Below, piece by piece: positions 14,665-29,100 of a DNA stretch of 64,000 nucleotides. A program made the translations under genes and the position numbers. Origin of the DNA: Camelus ferus. Taxonomy: Eukaryota. The stretch covers positions 4,590,001 to 4,654,000 of the forward strand of contig NC_045698.1 of assembly GCF_009834535.1 (NCBI RefSeq), written 5' to 3'. Position 1 is the first letter of the stretch, and every line of letters begins with the position of its first letter. Under the pieces are notes generated by a model. The model saw only the letters and a list, made by a program, of their open reading frames with translations, was not told where the DNA came from and ran no database searches.

Positions 14665-16239
14665 GATGGATCTGCCAGCTTTGAGGAGCAGGGGAGGTGT
14701 GGCGAGTCTACAGCGTTCAAATAAACCAAATGCTAAAAATACCTTTTGCTGTTTGTCTTAGAATTTCTAAAGATTTGATTGCCAACTCTGAAGTTTTTCA
14801 AATGTAGAATAAAGTAAAATCTACTGCAGTGTATCTGCCTGCCTTCCTGAAGAGTGTGGTTAAATCGGTTTTGTATAATACAGAATGTAAAAGCAGAAGA
14901 CGTTCAGAAAAATTCTAGACAGTGTTTGAAAGGCATCTCCATATAGTTTTAACTGGCCTTTTAAAAAAAAAAAATTAATACCTAACGTGAAAAGTTAGAA
15001 AACTTGGTACTTGGTGAGTGTCCTGTGAGCTGGTCACGCCTGTCCTGGCCTTTGGAGGCCTGTGTTCCCTTTGCTGGCCACGAGGAGGGGGCAGAGGCTG
15101 GACCCCGCCCTGGCCTGGGCGCCTCCGGGAAGAAGTTTTTCCTTCTCCACATCCTCGCAGCTCTGAGGTTCCCTTTGGCAGGGAGTGGCTTTGATTATCA
15201 GCAACATGCCTTTTTATTGTGGGTTTGTACTCTTTTTAATTCCCAGATCAACTGTTTTACACATTTAGCATTTAGGCGCTCTCTGTGGTTTAAGATCAGA
15301 ATTAATTTCCTAAGTGGATAACAACATGGGGATGTAGGTGGTTTATATCTTTCCATGTCTGAAGAGACTTCAGGTGATCCTCACATTTCCAGAATCCTGG
15401 AAAAGTGAAGGAATGGCTGGGATGCAGGAGTTAAAGGGAAATAAAGAGTCAAATTATTTGTGTTTTTTTGCTTTTTACTGCTTGAATCCGCTTCCTGGCA
15501 TCTAGAGGCATGTGCGTGGCCTTGAGCTTGCTTGGTTAGTTCCCGGCTCTGGATTTGGCTGATTTCATTGTGGATTCTGACTTGTGAGCCTCAGTTTCCC
15601 GACCTGTGAAGTGGGCCTGTGTCCACCCCCAGGGGGTACAGAGGAGATGTGGACCCTGTATGAGTTGTCATGTGTGGGGTTAGAAAGGCTGCTCCTTTCC
15701 TTTTCTCTCCTCTGACGAAATCGAAACCAAAAATTAAATAGTTCTCATTGCCAACTGGACACAGACGACTTTCTCAGGCCAAAACTTTTCTCTTGGAGAG
15801 ACTGCTGGAGACTAATTCAGAGAAGCGACGGGCACGGCTGGAAACACACCTGATGCTCTGGAAATTCTTTCTCCCTTTGAGCCAAGACATACTTTTCTAC
15901 TTTTAAGGCTTAAACAATGCCTGAGTCGTGTGTTCTCTAGGTTTTAAGCAACATTTTTGTCTTCACACAGCTCTCAGGGTTCTCCTGCTGTATTTTATCA
16001 GGGGTGCGGGCTCTGCCCTGTGTAACTTGCTTCAAGCTCTTTGAAGGGTTCTGGTTTTGCTCTGTGCACAGGTTCGGGGGAGTGGGTGTCATGTTAACTC
16101 TCTGCTCTTTGCAGCTTCTAGCACACGTTCTGTATACAGTGCAGAAAATGGAAGGCCAGGGCCTGGGGACGTCAGGCCTAGAGCAGTGCCGTCTGGTGCA
16201 CGTGCGTGAGGGTGGAGGGATTCTGGCTCTGTGCTGTCC

Positions 16240-16340
16240 TGCACAGTAGCCGCCAGCCACGCGTGGCTCCTGAGCACTTACCATGAGACTGATGCGACTG
16301 AGGACCTTGATTTCAGTTGTGTTTAATTTTAGTTCAGATT
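16240..16340. mobile_element. MER3/MER33-like hAT fragment
   Basis: gtagccgccagccacgcgtggctcctgagcactt...gactgagga. Confidence 0.5.
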
Positions 16341-17989
16341 CAAATGTTCTTGTGTTTGGTCAGCTCTGAACAGCAGTAACTTTCGAAACATAGTGTTTGA
16401 TTCAGTAACTGCTGCCCACATTTATCCAAAATCAAACAACAGCAGAAGCTGTGTTACTCAGCAAGTTACCCCTGGAAAGATCTAGAAATTATGTTTTTGA
16501 GTTTCCAGTGTAAACTCCTTTTCCAAGGGCTGCTGTTTCAGGAACACATAAAGTGTGAAATGGGTTCCTAGCAGAGAACACCGTGGAACAGTCTTGATGG
16601 CTGGGGCATCGGGTCCAGCAGGCAGTCTGCACATGGGGCTGGTGACATAATCCAGTCTTTTCCCGCTGGCAGTCCCCTTGGTTAGCAGCAGCCATTCGGG
16701 CCCACAATGTGGGCCTCGGCTCCCTGCCCGAGTTTCCTTCCCCAGTTCTCAGAGCAGGCCCGTGAAATGGGTAATATTACGCCTGGCCTGCAGACAAAAC
16801 CAAAGCCTGGACAGGCTAATGTGATCTGGCCAAAGATGCTGCACTTGGAAATGTCAGACTAGCTCTGACATTGGGGAGTTGCAGACAGAGGTAAATGAAG
16901 AAGACGTCCCCAGGACACAGGCCTGACCTGGTTTGGTGTCTCTTTGAGGGCTTTTTGCTGTTTTGCTTTCTTGAAGACTGGGGGAGGAGGGGCCTAGGTC
17001 CTCCCCTGAGGACTTTGACTTGACAGCCTTGTGACCGATGACATACGAGGTGGGGGAGGGAGCACTGGGGAGGATCGGGACCAAGTTCACACTTTCCCCA
17101 GACACTCCAGACGGCCTGGGGGGAGGTCGTGGTGGAGGCAGCAGGACTCCTAGCATCTGGATAATTCTTAGAAATCACAGTTTATGAAAAATGGAGCATT
17201 TGATGAACTGTTGACTGAGTTTCTGGAAGACAGTTGAAAGACCAGAAAGCAGGACTAGCAAGTCCACTGGCAGTCTCCTTAGTGGCAGGCGGTGCCTTGG
17301 GTGCAGATCTGCATTCTCCCGGTGCTTCTTGACAGTAACTCAGTTTCAGGAGAAGTGAATTCAGTCAGTAGATGAAGCATTTTGCCTCCAGTGCAACTGG
17401 AAACTAGAAGGAGTGGAGCCTCAACGCCTGCCTACTTGTCAGAAAGCGTATGTGCTTCCCCAGTGCCTCCCTGGGAAGGGAGTTGGTGCACCTGAATTAA
17501 GAGCCAGAAACAAGAACTTGGTGAGCTGGCGGAGATGGAGCCTTAGTGCAGCGCAGTCATGAGTATTTTATTACTGGCATCTTTTCTGAATTTAGGCAAA
17601 ATTGAAGTGTATCTCTGAAATGATGGCTGAACTAGAAAAGAGGATATGTTGAATGGCTCATGAAGTGCAAAGAAATTCTCAAGTATTGTTGTAAGTTATC
17701 TCATGGAAAAAAGCGGGTGATGAATCTGTCTGAGGAGTTTGTGTCCCTCTCGAAGATTCACAGGAGATTAACTGCAAGCCAGGAAGAGGGTCTGGCCGCG
17801 ACCCAGTCATGCCGGAACCCTGATCTTGGACTTCTAGCACCCAGCAGGCCTGCACGGCCGAGCTGCGCCCGTCTCTCGGCTGCGCGTGCTGAGCGGTCAG
17901 GTCCTTAAAGGAGCGCTGGCTGGGGCCGGGTCCCCGAAGCCTGCCTTGCGCCGAACTCGCAGGTGTCTGCTGCAGAGCCTCGGTGTGCT

Positions 17990-18500
17990 CCCCGTCGTCT
18001 GCCTTTGGATGTAGTCAGAAATCTGAGGCCACACTGATCCCCCTTCAGTGAATCTGGTTTATTCAGATGCCTCTCGTCCTCACCAGGTCCTTCCTGCCAC
18101 TGTCTGTGTCAGCCCTGCGTCGGGTCTTCCTGGACCGCAGCCCCCTTTCGGCCCGCAGACCGGGCTCTGCCTTGTCTTTGGGGCTGGTCTTCTGTCGGTT
18201 CTTTGAGTTGTCCCTGATTCATCTTCCTGCTGGTGGGAGTCTTCCACCTTCTCCACTTGGATGGCTTGACTCACTCTCTTTTTCCTCTCTGTCCATCTTC
18301 TGTAAAGGGCCTGTCTCAGGCTTCCCTGTCCTCGCCTGCTGCTCCCCACCCTCTCCTAGCCCCGTGTTTACTGGCATGTTCCTTCCCAGGGTTTTCTGTG
18401 GCACAGGACACTGTAGTGGGTTTTCCTCATCCCAGCCTGTGTCTCTCCTGTACTGGGGTGGTTGTCTTCATTGTGAACTGGGCTCGCCTCTTTTTTCTGC
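17990..18500 (-). mobile_element. Highly degenerate HAL1/L1 ORF1-like fragment
   Basis: agaaatctgaggccacactgat...; strongly pyrimidine-biased + strand. Confidence 0.35.
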
Positions 18501-20994
18501 TGTGACTTGTTCCCAGGGTGGCCGTCCCTGCCCGGCAGACCTCCCGGCCGTCTCTGCTGTCGCTATTGGTGCTCTGACTGAGCCACCTCCTGGGAGCTCT
18601 CCCTTTCAGCCCAGGCTGCAGGTTGAGAGGGCAGGTTGTGTCTTTGGCTGACCCTTCTGGGACCTACTGGTCCTCCGGGTGGAGAGACTCTTAGGGTGAG
18701 TCAGTGGGCCTTTTGAGGGGGCCTGGAGCTAGTTCAGCCTGCTCAAGGCCCAGCTCTTCTGATCCAGTCCTTTAATGCCATTGGGTTTCCTCAAAAGCCT
18801 GGTGGTCATTTGCTCTAAAGTCGGCCCAGCAGAGGACAGACGACCCTCGCTGCTGATGTCGCAGACTCGAGCTCCCCCTGTTCTCCAGGCCATGCTGACT
18901 TGCTCTCAGTTCCTCCGGTCTCCAGGGTCGTCTCCCGATCTTTGCACACCTGGTTCCTTCTTGCCCCTCTGTCTTGGCTCTAGTACCAGCTCTTGGGAGG
19001 CCATTCCCAACCACCCAACACAAAGTCACCATGAAGATGGTCTTGGCCACCATTTGGAATCTCTGCAGAGTGTGCTCTGCATTGGGTTTAGTCTTGTGTT
19101 TCACTTTACTGCCTTCTCCATGCCCCCCAGCCCAACTCAGCCAGCAAGAGGGGCTGACTTACTTCGTCTTGCTCAGTCTAGCCCAGGCCAGAGCCTTACC
19201 TGCTGCACCGTTGGTTGGCGGTCAGTCACTGCAGAATGATGACTCGAATCTGCTTTCTCCGCTTCAATATAGACTTAAGTCTTTGGGTCCATTAAATTCT
19301 ATGCGTTGCCCTTCCTCCTTCCCTCCCTGTGTATTTTTGGTACTTTTCCAGCACTGTTGTATTTTCCATTACCTTAGGTTTTTTTTTTTGGTCACCTTGG
19401 TGGGGCCCTGGGAGGTTCCTACCTCCTGGAGCCAGAACCCGGAGCCCCTCTCCCTCCTGAGACTGGAGGAGCTGGACGTGTCTGGTTCATGCCGAGCAAC
19501 ATCCATACAACTGAGTTATTTCTTCCTTTAAGCTGGACAGAGACATTCCTGCTGATTGAATGAGAAGTAAACATTTGATAATTAAAAGTTACATTGGTTT
19601 TTATTCTTCAGATGTTACAAATCAAACTTTGCTTTGATAGATGTGTGCATATTGGCTACAAGGAAGTTAAGTGCTTTGGTTACAGTAGACTCCCCACCCA
19701 CATAGGCTGACGCCCTGGCGTGTGAGGTAGACCTGGCTCTCAGGTGGCCACAGCACACTGGTACCTGGTGGGTGATGAGTACCCGCTGTGGTCACGTGCC
19801 CACGGAACTGGACACAGGGTCACTGAGTGCTTTTCCCATTTGGTGACGTGGAAGGTGATTGGCACGTCCTCAGTCAGGTGCATTACGTGGGCTTTCCTGC
19901 TCTGAGGGTCTCTAGGACAACTTGTCCCACCAGGACAGCATCTCTGGGGAGAAGCTGTGCGTGTCTAATGTTGCTACTGAGTGGCCAGGGCCAGGCAAGG
20001 AGCAGCTAAGGCGGTGGAGGTGGCGCTGAGGTCCCAGAGTTCAGCAGTCAGCAAACGGAGAGGGGCAGGGATGGGAAGTCGAGGCTCCCGGGAGTGCTTT
20101 GAGTGTGAGCAGACACTGTAGTGGTCCATGCCAGGAAGTTTCATGCCAGACGGGAGGCTCTAGCTGGCTGTGTAACCTCCCAGGCATCTGTGGAACAGGG
20201 AGGTGATGGTGGTTACCAGGATCGTACTCAGGGAAGTGCGTCGTGCAGTGGCTGGGCAGGGCCGGCAGTGGTACACGTCAGCTCCTTACTGTCATAATGA
20301 GAATGGTGATATGACAGTGTCAGTAATAAATGTTAACAGTTTCTTTTTAAGTCTGAGTATAATCTCAGACTCCTCAACACAGCCCTCTGGCAGCAGTGGC
20401 TTTGGTGGGAGCTGGGACAGTGGAGAAGGCCTGTTAGCTGGACCTAGTGTGGTCCGGCTGGAGAGGGTGGGGGTACTTGAACACCCCGTTCCTCGCAGGT
20501 CACCCCTAGGTTCAGTCATCCACATCTGTGGAGGTTCTCCTGGAATTGCGTGGTAGCTTTTTTAGGAGCCCTGTCTTTTGGGGGGGATATATGCTAAGCC
20601 AGTGACTTGGGGTGGCAGTAGAACCAGAAATTTGGAGCTGGAGGGGCCTTTAAGCCTTGCTCGACCTTGGAACTGAGCAGAGTCACAGGAGTAGTTCCCT
20701 GGACCCCAGGATGCCAGGCACGGGCCAAGCCAGAAGGGAAAGCTCACTTGAGTTTGGCCTGAATGTAAAGACCTAAGGTGACAAGAGTCTTAAAACTTAA
20801 GCACAGCGATATCTGCCCTTTGACCTTGGGAGTAAAGTCAGTGCCAGTAAAGCTGAAATGAGGCCACTTTTTTGGGACATGATTATAAGAGCAACAATGT
20901 ACTTACTGAAAAAACTTGGAAAATAACAGAAAAGAAACTACCCATAATCTTCCTGTTGTTAACACTTAAGCATGTTTCTATCTGTTATTTTTTT

Positions 20995-21160
20995 TTAAGT
21001 GACAGGTGTTTATTTTCTCACGGTTCTGGAGGCTGGAAGCCCACGCGCTTGTCTGCAGGGCTGCTTTCTTCCGAGGCCCCTCCTCAGTGCGCAGACGGCC
21101 ACCCTCGTGCTGCCCTTCACAGGGTCGTCCCTCTGCTGCGTCCCCGCTGTCTGTGTTTTT
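20995..21160 (-). mobile_element. MLT1A/B-like LTR fragment
   Basis: tttattttctcacggttctggaggctggaag...tctgcagggctgctttcttccgaggcc. Confidence 0.6.
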
Positions 21161-24100
21161 AATGCAGCTTTAAAGACGTCACATGTGTCATTTTTATTTG
21201 CTTAAATCTAACTCCAGATAAGTGATTCTCCCTGCCTTAAAAAACTCTTTTAAACAGTTTTTAAAGATGGTATTGATGTATTTTATTTCCTGAATAACTA
21301 GAGAGAGATTCACAGCTTTTCAGTTTTTATAAAGATTTCTGCACACGTGTTGGGTCACTTCCTGGGTGTGACTTCTCAGTTCTGTGACTGAACGTCAACT
21401 CTGAGAGCTGCGGCAGCTCTGGATTGAGCCCCGGTGGCGTAACCTGGGGCCATCTACCGCCTGTCTCGTGAGGAGCTGTCTGTCAAGTGGAGGCAGCGGA
21501 CTTGCTGCAGAGACTAGTCGGGAGACTGACGAACAGGCTGGAATGTGGGTGTCGTGGAGCTTCCCGGGGCTCGTCGTCCAGACTCTCACCATGACTGCTT
21601 CCCGGAAGGTTATCCAGCTCACCTTCACATCGAGTGTAGGGGCCTCTGAAGAGGTAGCGAAGATACAGCTGTTTTCATCTCAAAATGATCCAGCTCCTGG
21701 GGCTGGAGAGCAGAGCCTGGGGACCCTGCTTTCAGACTTGGCCACACAGGTCCCTCTGAGCACCCTGGTCTGTGCTGTCGCTGCCCCACGAGGCCGGGTG
21801 GCCCGAGGCAGTCCACCTGGCTTGGGCTGGGTGCCTCCGGCCACTCCTTGCCCCAGCAGCCCTCCCGACTGTCAGCTTCTCCAGGGTGTGGGGTCCCACA
21901 TTGTGTTTTGGGTTCCTTAGGACACCAGTGTTAGAAGACTGAGGCCCACTGGCATTTTTGCCCGGTGATGGGTTGAGACCTTGCTAAGGGAGTGGGGCGC
22001 CTCCTGCTAGGTTGCCTTAGCTGGTACATGTGGCATGGGGTGGTTCTCAGGACTGTAATGCAAAATGGCATTGGAATAGTTCTGCGTAGTTCTAACCACC
22101 TGAATACCTGTTCAGTCAGTTTGTGAAATGCTGGGGTTGGCTTCATCCTAACCTGCGGGAAGCTCCCAGCTGCTTCACCGGAGTTTTCTCTAGAGAAACC
22201 ATATCAGCATGCCCTGTCTTCAGCAGTGGATTTAGAAGAAATGCATTAAATTAAATATCTTTGCCATGGCTTAATTGTAAGCTTCTGGTATCTGACCACT
22301 TGCTTTCTTTCCTGAAAGAGAAGATTGTTGTGGTTCTCAGGCCTCCATGTGGCCCCAGGGCCTTTGCTTAGCTTTGGTAGTGGGCTTGGGTTTGTTCTGC
22401 CAGGGTGGAAGAGTGTCATTTCCCCTGACACACAGGGGCACCTCTGCATGCCATCAGTTTAGGCTCTTGGACATCTGCCTGCACTGTGTGACTGATCCAA
22501 GGAAGGGTCTAGGACTGGAGGGGAGAGAAAGCTTGCTTTTGCTGGGAGCTGAATTTGCGTGGGTCAGAGTTACCATGTTGAAGATTCTTCAGCTGCAGAG
22601 CCCTCTGTCCTGGCTCTTTTGTTGGTCTGAGTTCTTTTAACCCTGGGCTGGTCTTGGCCTGTCCCCGGAGCAGGGGGGTCTGCCCCAGGATGATCCAAGT
22701 CATGTGATCACAAGCCCCCCCCAGCTCCCATGCTTCCTGTCACTCAGCTCTCAGGCTCTTCCCTTTGCAGCAGCTTCTCCCAGGGCCTCATGCTTCCATG
22801 AACGTTTCAGAGCCCCATGCAGCTTTCTTCAGAGCCGCTCTAGAGAAAGGACAGGTGCACAGGTAGGTCTGCAGGAAGGGACAGAGGCTGAGGTGCAGGG
22901 CCTGAAGGGGGGCAGATGGGAGCATCAGCAACAAGAGGGGACACCTTGGAAACCACAGGCTTTCTACTGTGCAGTTTCAATTAGTTTCCTTATGCTTTTG
23001 AACTTAGATTGAAAGCAATTAACCTTTGAAGATTTGATTCAGGGTTTTCTAAAGAGTTGATACAGATATTAATTGGCTTGTAATAAAAATAAATAAAAAT
23101 GACTTATAATTAGCTCATTAACTGTGTCAGTAAACAGCTGTTTTAAAAACACCCCCAAAACAAGCGATTCAATCGTTTCCTCGGCTTTCTGCATGGGTCA
23201 GCACTCAGCAGCCCGTTCTTGTGGCGGTGGGGATGCAGATGCCAACTTGGACCCAGTCTGTGTGGCAGAGTGGGGTCTGAATCCACCGTCTCCACCATCT
23301 CGCTGTGGGGCATCAAAGCGTGCATGAAAATCAGCTCTAGGACTCTAGGAGTTAACTCCGAATACTTTCACCAAGCCATTGTTTTTGGCAAAAATGCGGA
23401 CAGTGAACATTGTGGGCTGAGGGCAGGGAGCTCCAGTTTCTGAGAAATCCACTGACTTTTTTTAAGGCTTTTGAAGGTTTTATGAAGAGTTGGAGGGAGG
23501 GGGAGAGGGAGAGAGTAAGAATAAATTAATAGTTGAAGACAGTTTCTGGTGTGTTTGCACAAGCATTTGGAGTTGACCAAGGGCATGCAAGTGTGAAAGG
23601 TAAAGGTGGCCCCTGGTCAGCAGAAGGGTAGGACCCTGGGGTCAGGGACCGTGGGGACAGTGGTTGGGAAAGTCGGATGTGTTAACACTGCAGAGCACAG
23701 CGCTTATTTATGGGTTTGGGTGCTGATGCTTCTTGTAACCGAATCGGAGGAGGTTGTGCTCATTCATCTGGTTTTTCTTTTCCCTTAAGAAAAAGGAATG
23801 AAATCTGCCCTCTGACCATGGCTCCCTCCTTAGAAAAAGCTATGGGGATTTTAAATGTAGGGGAACAGGCATCCCTCTGCTTCCCCCTCGGAGACCAGCA
23901 TCAATAACTGCTCGGCCTGTTCCCTTTGCCCCTTTTCTGTCCACATGGTTTTATTTTAAATACATCTCATTGTCCTCGCTTCTGGTCCCTTGTTTTTTTT
24001 GTGTGTCTATTACCTCCTGCAGCGCATCTGCCTGTCTTCCTCGTTTGAGTACAAAGATGTCACCATTGGACAACTTGGAAATTGTGCTGGGCTGGGAATG

Positions 24101-26024
24101 GGAGAAGGAGCCGGCTTTGCCTGGGGCTGGACACTGAGGCTCCCAGGTCCAGGAGGCAGGGTAATGGAGGCAGGGCTGCTTCCCCGGGGCACCCCCTTCA
24201 GAACCAGCCAGCCCTGCCTGGCTTCGGTTCAGATTCTGACAGAGTTGGGAACCATGCCACCCTGCCAGCTCAGCTTCTAAAGACAAAAGCCATCCTCCTG
24301 AAATGGGTCATCTGTTTTCATGAATAGCTTTATTAGCTATGAAGTTGCAGAGTTTGGTTCTCTAATTTAATAATCTGTCTTTCGCTCTTTAAAAAAGCTG
24401 AGTTGGATTTCTTAAGTATTTACAGCCACCACATACCAGATACCAAGACAGACACTGAGCATGGCTGATCTTGATACTTGGTACTAAAAGCAGACGCTAA
24501 CTTGGGAAAAGTGCTGACAATTGAGAAGTCGGTCATTACCTTTTAAGTGGGTTTGGACTCTTAAAAGAGAGCGATCGTAAATGAGAAATGTCTCTTCTCA
24601 TTTTTCGTGAACTTTATTTTTCATACTTAGATTAAAAGTGCACTACTTAATCATGCTTCAGACGTTTGTTCTCCAGAAGTTTCATGATTAAAACTAAAAT
24701 TCACTGAAAATTCTAGTCTTACCATTTCTCTCTCTCTTAAAATAACCAAAAGTGCGTCAGTGCAGGGCTCTCTCCATTGTGTTGTGTCAGTTTGAGATTC
24801 TTCCAAATTAAATATCCGAGTTGCCCATATGGACCAGCAGCCACGGCTAGTGTCTCAGAATTCCACTCCTCGGAGACAGGCCATCAGGTGTACTTTGTCC
24901 TACCTCCCGCTGCCTGCAGGGTTCCTTTTGTACACATGGCAGCAAACCAAACTGGCTTTCCCACCACGCCCCAGTGGGTGACACTCCTTAAGAAGAGGCT
25001 AAAGCCGCCACCACACAAAGCCATCCACAAGGCCAGAGCTCTGCTCCCTGCAAACATCATCCCTTGAGGCCCCACCCGGCATGGACACAGGGCCTCAGCT
25101 TAGGAGGAGGTCTGTGCTGTTCAGAGGTTTCTGGAGTTCATTTTCGGCCTCATGGCTGCAAAGTGACAGTGCAGGCCTCCCACCCCAGTGGGTGCTCCTT
25201 GTCACTCTTGCTCTCCTCAAGGTGCCTTGTGGTCAACTTCTAATTCCCATATTTTTTGAATCTGAGGTGCCATTACGTACAAAAACTCAACCCATCTGAA
25301 ATTGTCTTTGTTGTGGGTCAGAAATACAAACTTCACATAGACAGGGTCCTATAGATCAGTTGAACTAAGGGGACACACTGTTATGCAATGTACCAGGAAG
25401 GAAGAAAAATGTTTAATTTTGAATTGGTTTCGTGCTCAGCCATCGATTGAAAGATGCATCCCAATTTTAGACATGTTGAAACATTAAGGGAAACAGTATA
25501 TTTTAGTGAAGATGGAAGAATAGTCTTTGCTCAGGTTCCACAGTTACATTCACGTTGCTTTGGAAAATGCTCTAATCAGGCACCATTGTTACTAACATCT
25601 TGTTAAGCTATCATATCCTAGTTTTGTAAATGTAGCAGTGAGTCTGTGTTTAAATTATAGTAAGAACTGTAATGCTTAGTTTTGATAGACGTGGCTCTTA
25701 TTTGTCCACATTTAGCCCTAAGGTTCTAAATGTTTATTTTAGAGAACACTGGAGAGCCCCAGGAGCAAGGAGTGTTTTTATCACTTGGTCTCCTGTTGGA
25801 AGGTGTGTGATGGAGAAGGTGTGCCCTCTCTCCAGGCCCCCAGGTGAGGAGGCCTCTGACCTCTGGGGAAGCCGCCCCTCATTTCCTAGACTCTGGTGTC
25901 TCCAAGGATGGGAGGAGTGAGGATGCAGGAGAGGAGGCTGCCTGCACCCACTCTGTTGAGTTTAACGTTGCACGGCTGTCTGGGGTGGAGGAAAGGAAGC
26001 TGCAGCCGGAACTTTGCTGAGACA

Positions 26025-26125
26025 GCAGCCACCAGCCTCACGTGGCTGTTTAGATTGAATTAAGTAAAACTACCACTCATCCTTGGTTGCATCAGCCACA
26101 TTTCAGGTGCTCAGTAGCCACTTCT
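26025..26125. mobile_element. MER3-like fragment
   Basis: cagccacatttcaggtgctcagtagccac. Confidence 0.5.
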
Positions 26126-29100
26126 AGAACCTCCCATCGTCACAGGGGTTCTGTCAGCGGGGCTGTGCTGGGAGCATGGGGGTCCCCTCCCTGCTTCCCC
26201 ACAGCAGCATCTTAACCTGTGTCCCTACCTGGGTGCGACCTTAGGGCCTGGCACCAGGGAAACTGACTGGACTCGGTGACCTCACTGCTTTTTAGCAGCG
26301 GAGTAGAATGTGGTATCAGGGCTTTAGAAGCCTGACTGGCTTGATGTTCTTTTTTTTTTTTTAATTAAAGAATCGATAATTCACTGTTAAAACTAGATAA
26401 TGAACACAAACAAAAAGAATGTAAAGATCACAAATAATCTTGTTGCCTAGAAATACAGTTGACTTTTTTTGTTTAATGTTTTGTTGTTTCCAGATGTTAA
26501 ATAGAATCAGTGGTGTAATGAACATTGTCAAGTGTACCTCCTTAACTGTACCACCCTTTCCCCTTTTCACTTTTTAACCTGTACACACGATGAGTACGTT
26601 CCTGTAAAACTGCGAATTCCGGCAGCACGCCGGGCTGGAGAGCAGGAGGCGGCGCGTCGCCCACCGCCGCCCCGTGCAGGCGGCCTGCGGGCCCTGGCAC
26701 GTGGCCTTCAGACCCTCTCGTGAGTTTTGTGCACCTGTGGCTACGTTCGTGCAGAAGTGGGGCGAGGCCATCCCTCGTCCACACCCCCACCACCCTCGGT
26801 CTCCTCCGTGGACAGACAGCGTCTCCTTCTGACCTGGCCCTGCAGCGAACCCACCTGGTGGTCCCCAGTGTGTGTCAGTGGCTCAGAGCCCGGCCGTCCG
26901 GGTGCGGGGTGCGGGCTCAGGGAGGGACACCTTCCTTCAGCCTTGAGATACGCTGGCAGCTCACCCCAGAGTGTGAGGCCGCGAGAGGCCTGGTCTTTCT
27001 GAACAAATTCCGTTGTTTCTGCCTGTGCACTTGACATTTTTATTTGTTTACACTCCGTGTGTTTTTTTGATAGAATTTCTTTGTAATTGTTTGACTCTCA
27101 GTCTTTGCGTTGTAATGTTTTTGTGTTGGAGTCTGGAAAGGCTCCCATCGAGTCCGGGATGGCTGATGGTGCCCCTTGCTCTTTTTTTCTTCTTCTGTTT
27201 GACTTTTTCATTTAAAGTTTTAGCTCTGCGTCTGTATTATGTCTTCAAATGTAGAACAAGGCAGGAATCTAACCTCATGGTTTTTTGGCTACTGTGTCAG
27301 CATTGGGTTTGGCCACAAAGAGGGAAAGTACCGGGGTGATGACGCCCCGACCCCAAGGGGTGCAGCCCCGCTCCCGTGCCACACGGCCTCCTGTCTCGTA
27401 GGTCAGCGCTGCAGGGCTGCGGGCGGGAGGGCGGAGGGCCGTGAGAATCCCTCTGAGGAGGCCTCCCCGGGGCTTCCGCCAGGGCTCGCTGGTGCCTGGA
27501 GCCGCAGGAGAGGGTGCTCGTTGGCTCCGGGCACCCTGAGTGGGCAGCCAGCAGCCTGCTGCGTGAGGCAGCGGCCTCGGGCCCTCAGAAATTGGCGGGC
27601 TGCTAGCTTTGAGAGACCACGTCTCTGATCCATCATAGAGGAGATGTGTCCATGGTGGTCACAGCGTAGACGTTCCCTTGGAGATGTGGAGGCTGAATGC
27701 TGGTGGGCTGACACGTGCGCCAAGAGGTGCGGTGATTAACTTGCTGCAGACAAGGAGACTTCAGCGTGGCTTTTATGTGGACGTCTGGTCAGCCGTGGAG
27801 CACTTTGTGGTTTTGATATGTGAGAAGAGTAAATGTCTTCATTTCATTTTTGAGTAGAAAAGATCAAAACTTTTCATGGACATAGTTCTTCATGAAGGAA
27901 ACACTGGAGAACTGAGTGTGTGTATGTCCAGTATTGGAAGTGATCGACTCACAGAACCCCTGCCTGTGTCTGGGGTTGGTGGCTGGAAACAGTGGCTGAT
28001 GGCACTTAATTGTGAGCGTATCATTCTCACTGTTGTATGTGGGTTCTTAAAGTGATGAAAACTCCTTGTAATGCAGTATCGAATAAAGTAATCCCAGCTC
28101 TTTTATTTAGCACTGTTTACATTTTAAAAAAGGATAGTTGGTCATTTAAATGACTTCTGCTGACAAATCAAGTTATCCAGTACAAGGGTAAAATATTTCT
28201 TGAAATGCCAATTTTTGATGACATTGTGTAGGGAATACAGATCTTAAATGACGAGGTGGTAAGCAAAGATAATGTAATTTATCAAAACCTGATTCATTCC
28301 ACGCATATTGATCGAATGCTCACAGTGAACGAGCCTGTTCCGGTGCCGGAGGTCAGGCTGTGAGCAGGTGAGCCCCTTTCCTCCTGGAGGTCACCTTCCT
28401 GGGGCGGAGACAGGCTCCAGGCCATCACCACACGCCTGAAGGATGAGGGGGTAGGGAGGGAGGGCGCTGGTTCTCCATCCTGTGGGCTCTGTGGATTTGC
28501 TCTGATCCACACTTCCACTGCCTGACCTCCGCCCCACCCCATCCCAGCCCTCGGTGTTTCCTCCCTCCTCACAGGGTTCCCCGGACACCCGGGCCAGGGA
28601 GGCGCTGCAGGGCCTTTAGAATCTACCCCAACGTCATGATGGTTGTTAGACCCTTCTGAGTCTTTCTGGCCCGACGGTGCTGTCACACTGCAGAGCCGCC
28701 AGTCCCTGCATGCCTCGGAGACCAGCAGGGGCTGGGCCGCAGCCGGCCACCAGCAGTATCCCTTCTGTTCCCAGAAAGCAAAGCAAAAATACTCTTCTAG
28801 TATTTGTTACAGCAGTTGCTAACTTTCAATACGTATGTCAGATAGGCATGTCGTTAGCGTCTTCTTGGTGGGGCACCACGCTGATGTCAGGAGGCGTGCG
28901 TCCTGCTTGGTACTGCTTGGCTTTGGGACTATGGGCACACCTCCTCCTCACCATTAATCTCTTCTGAGACACGGAGGGCGGTGTGCCGAGCCGCCTCCTC
29001 CCTGCCAGGCGAGGGCAGCAGGCCTCTGACAAACTGGCAGGGTCTGTGCGCTGCTCTCTCCTTTCCTGGTGCATCCCGGGCCCTGGGGGCAGGGGTCCTG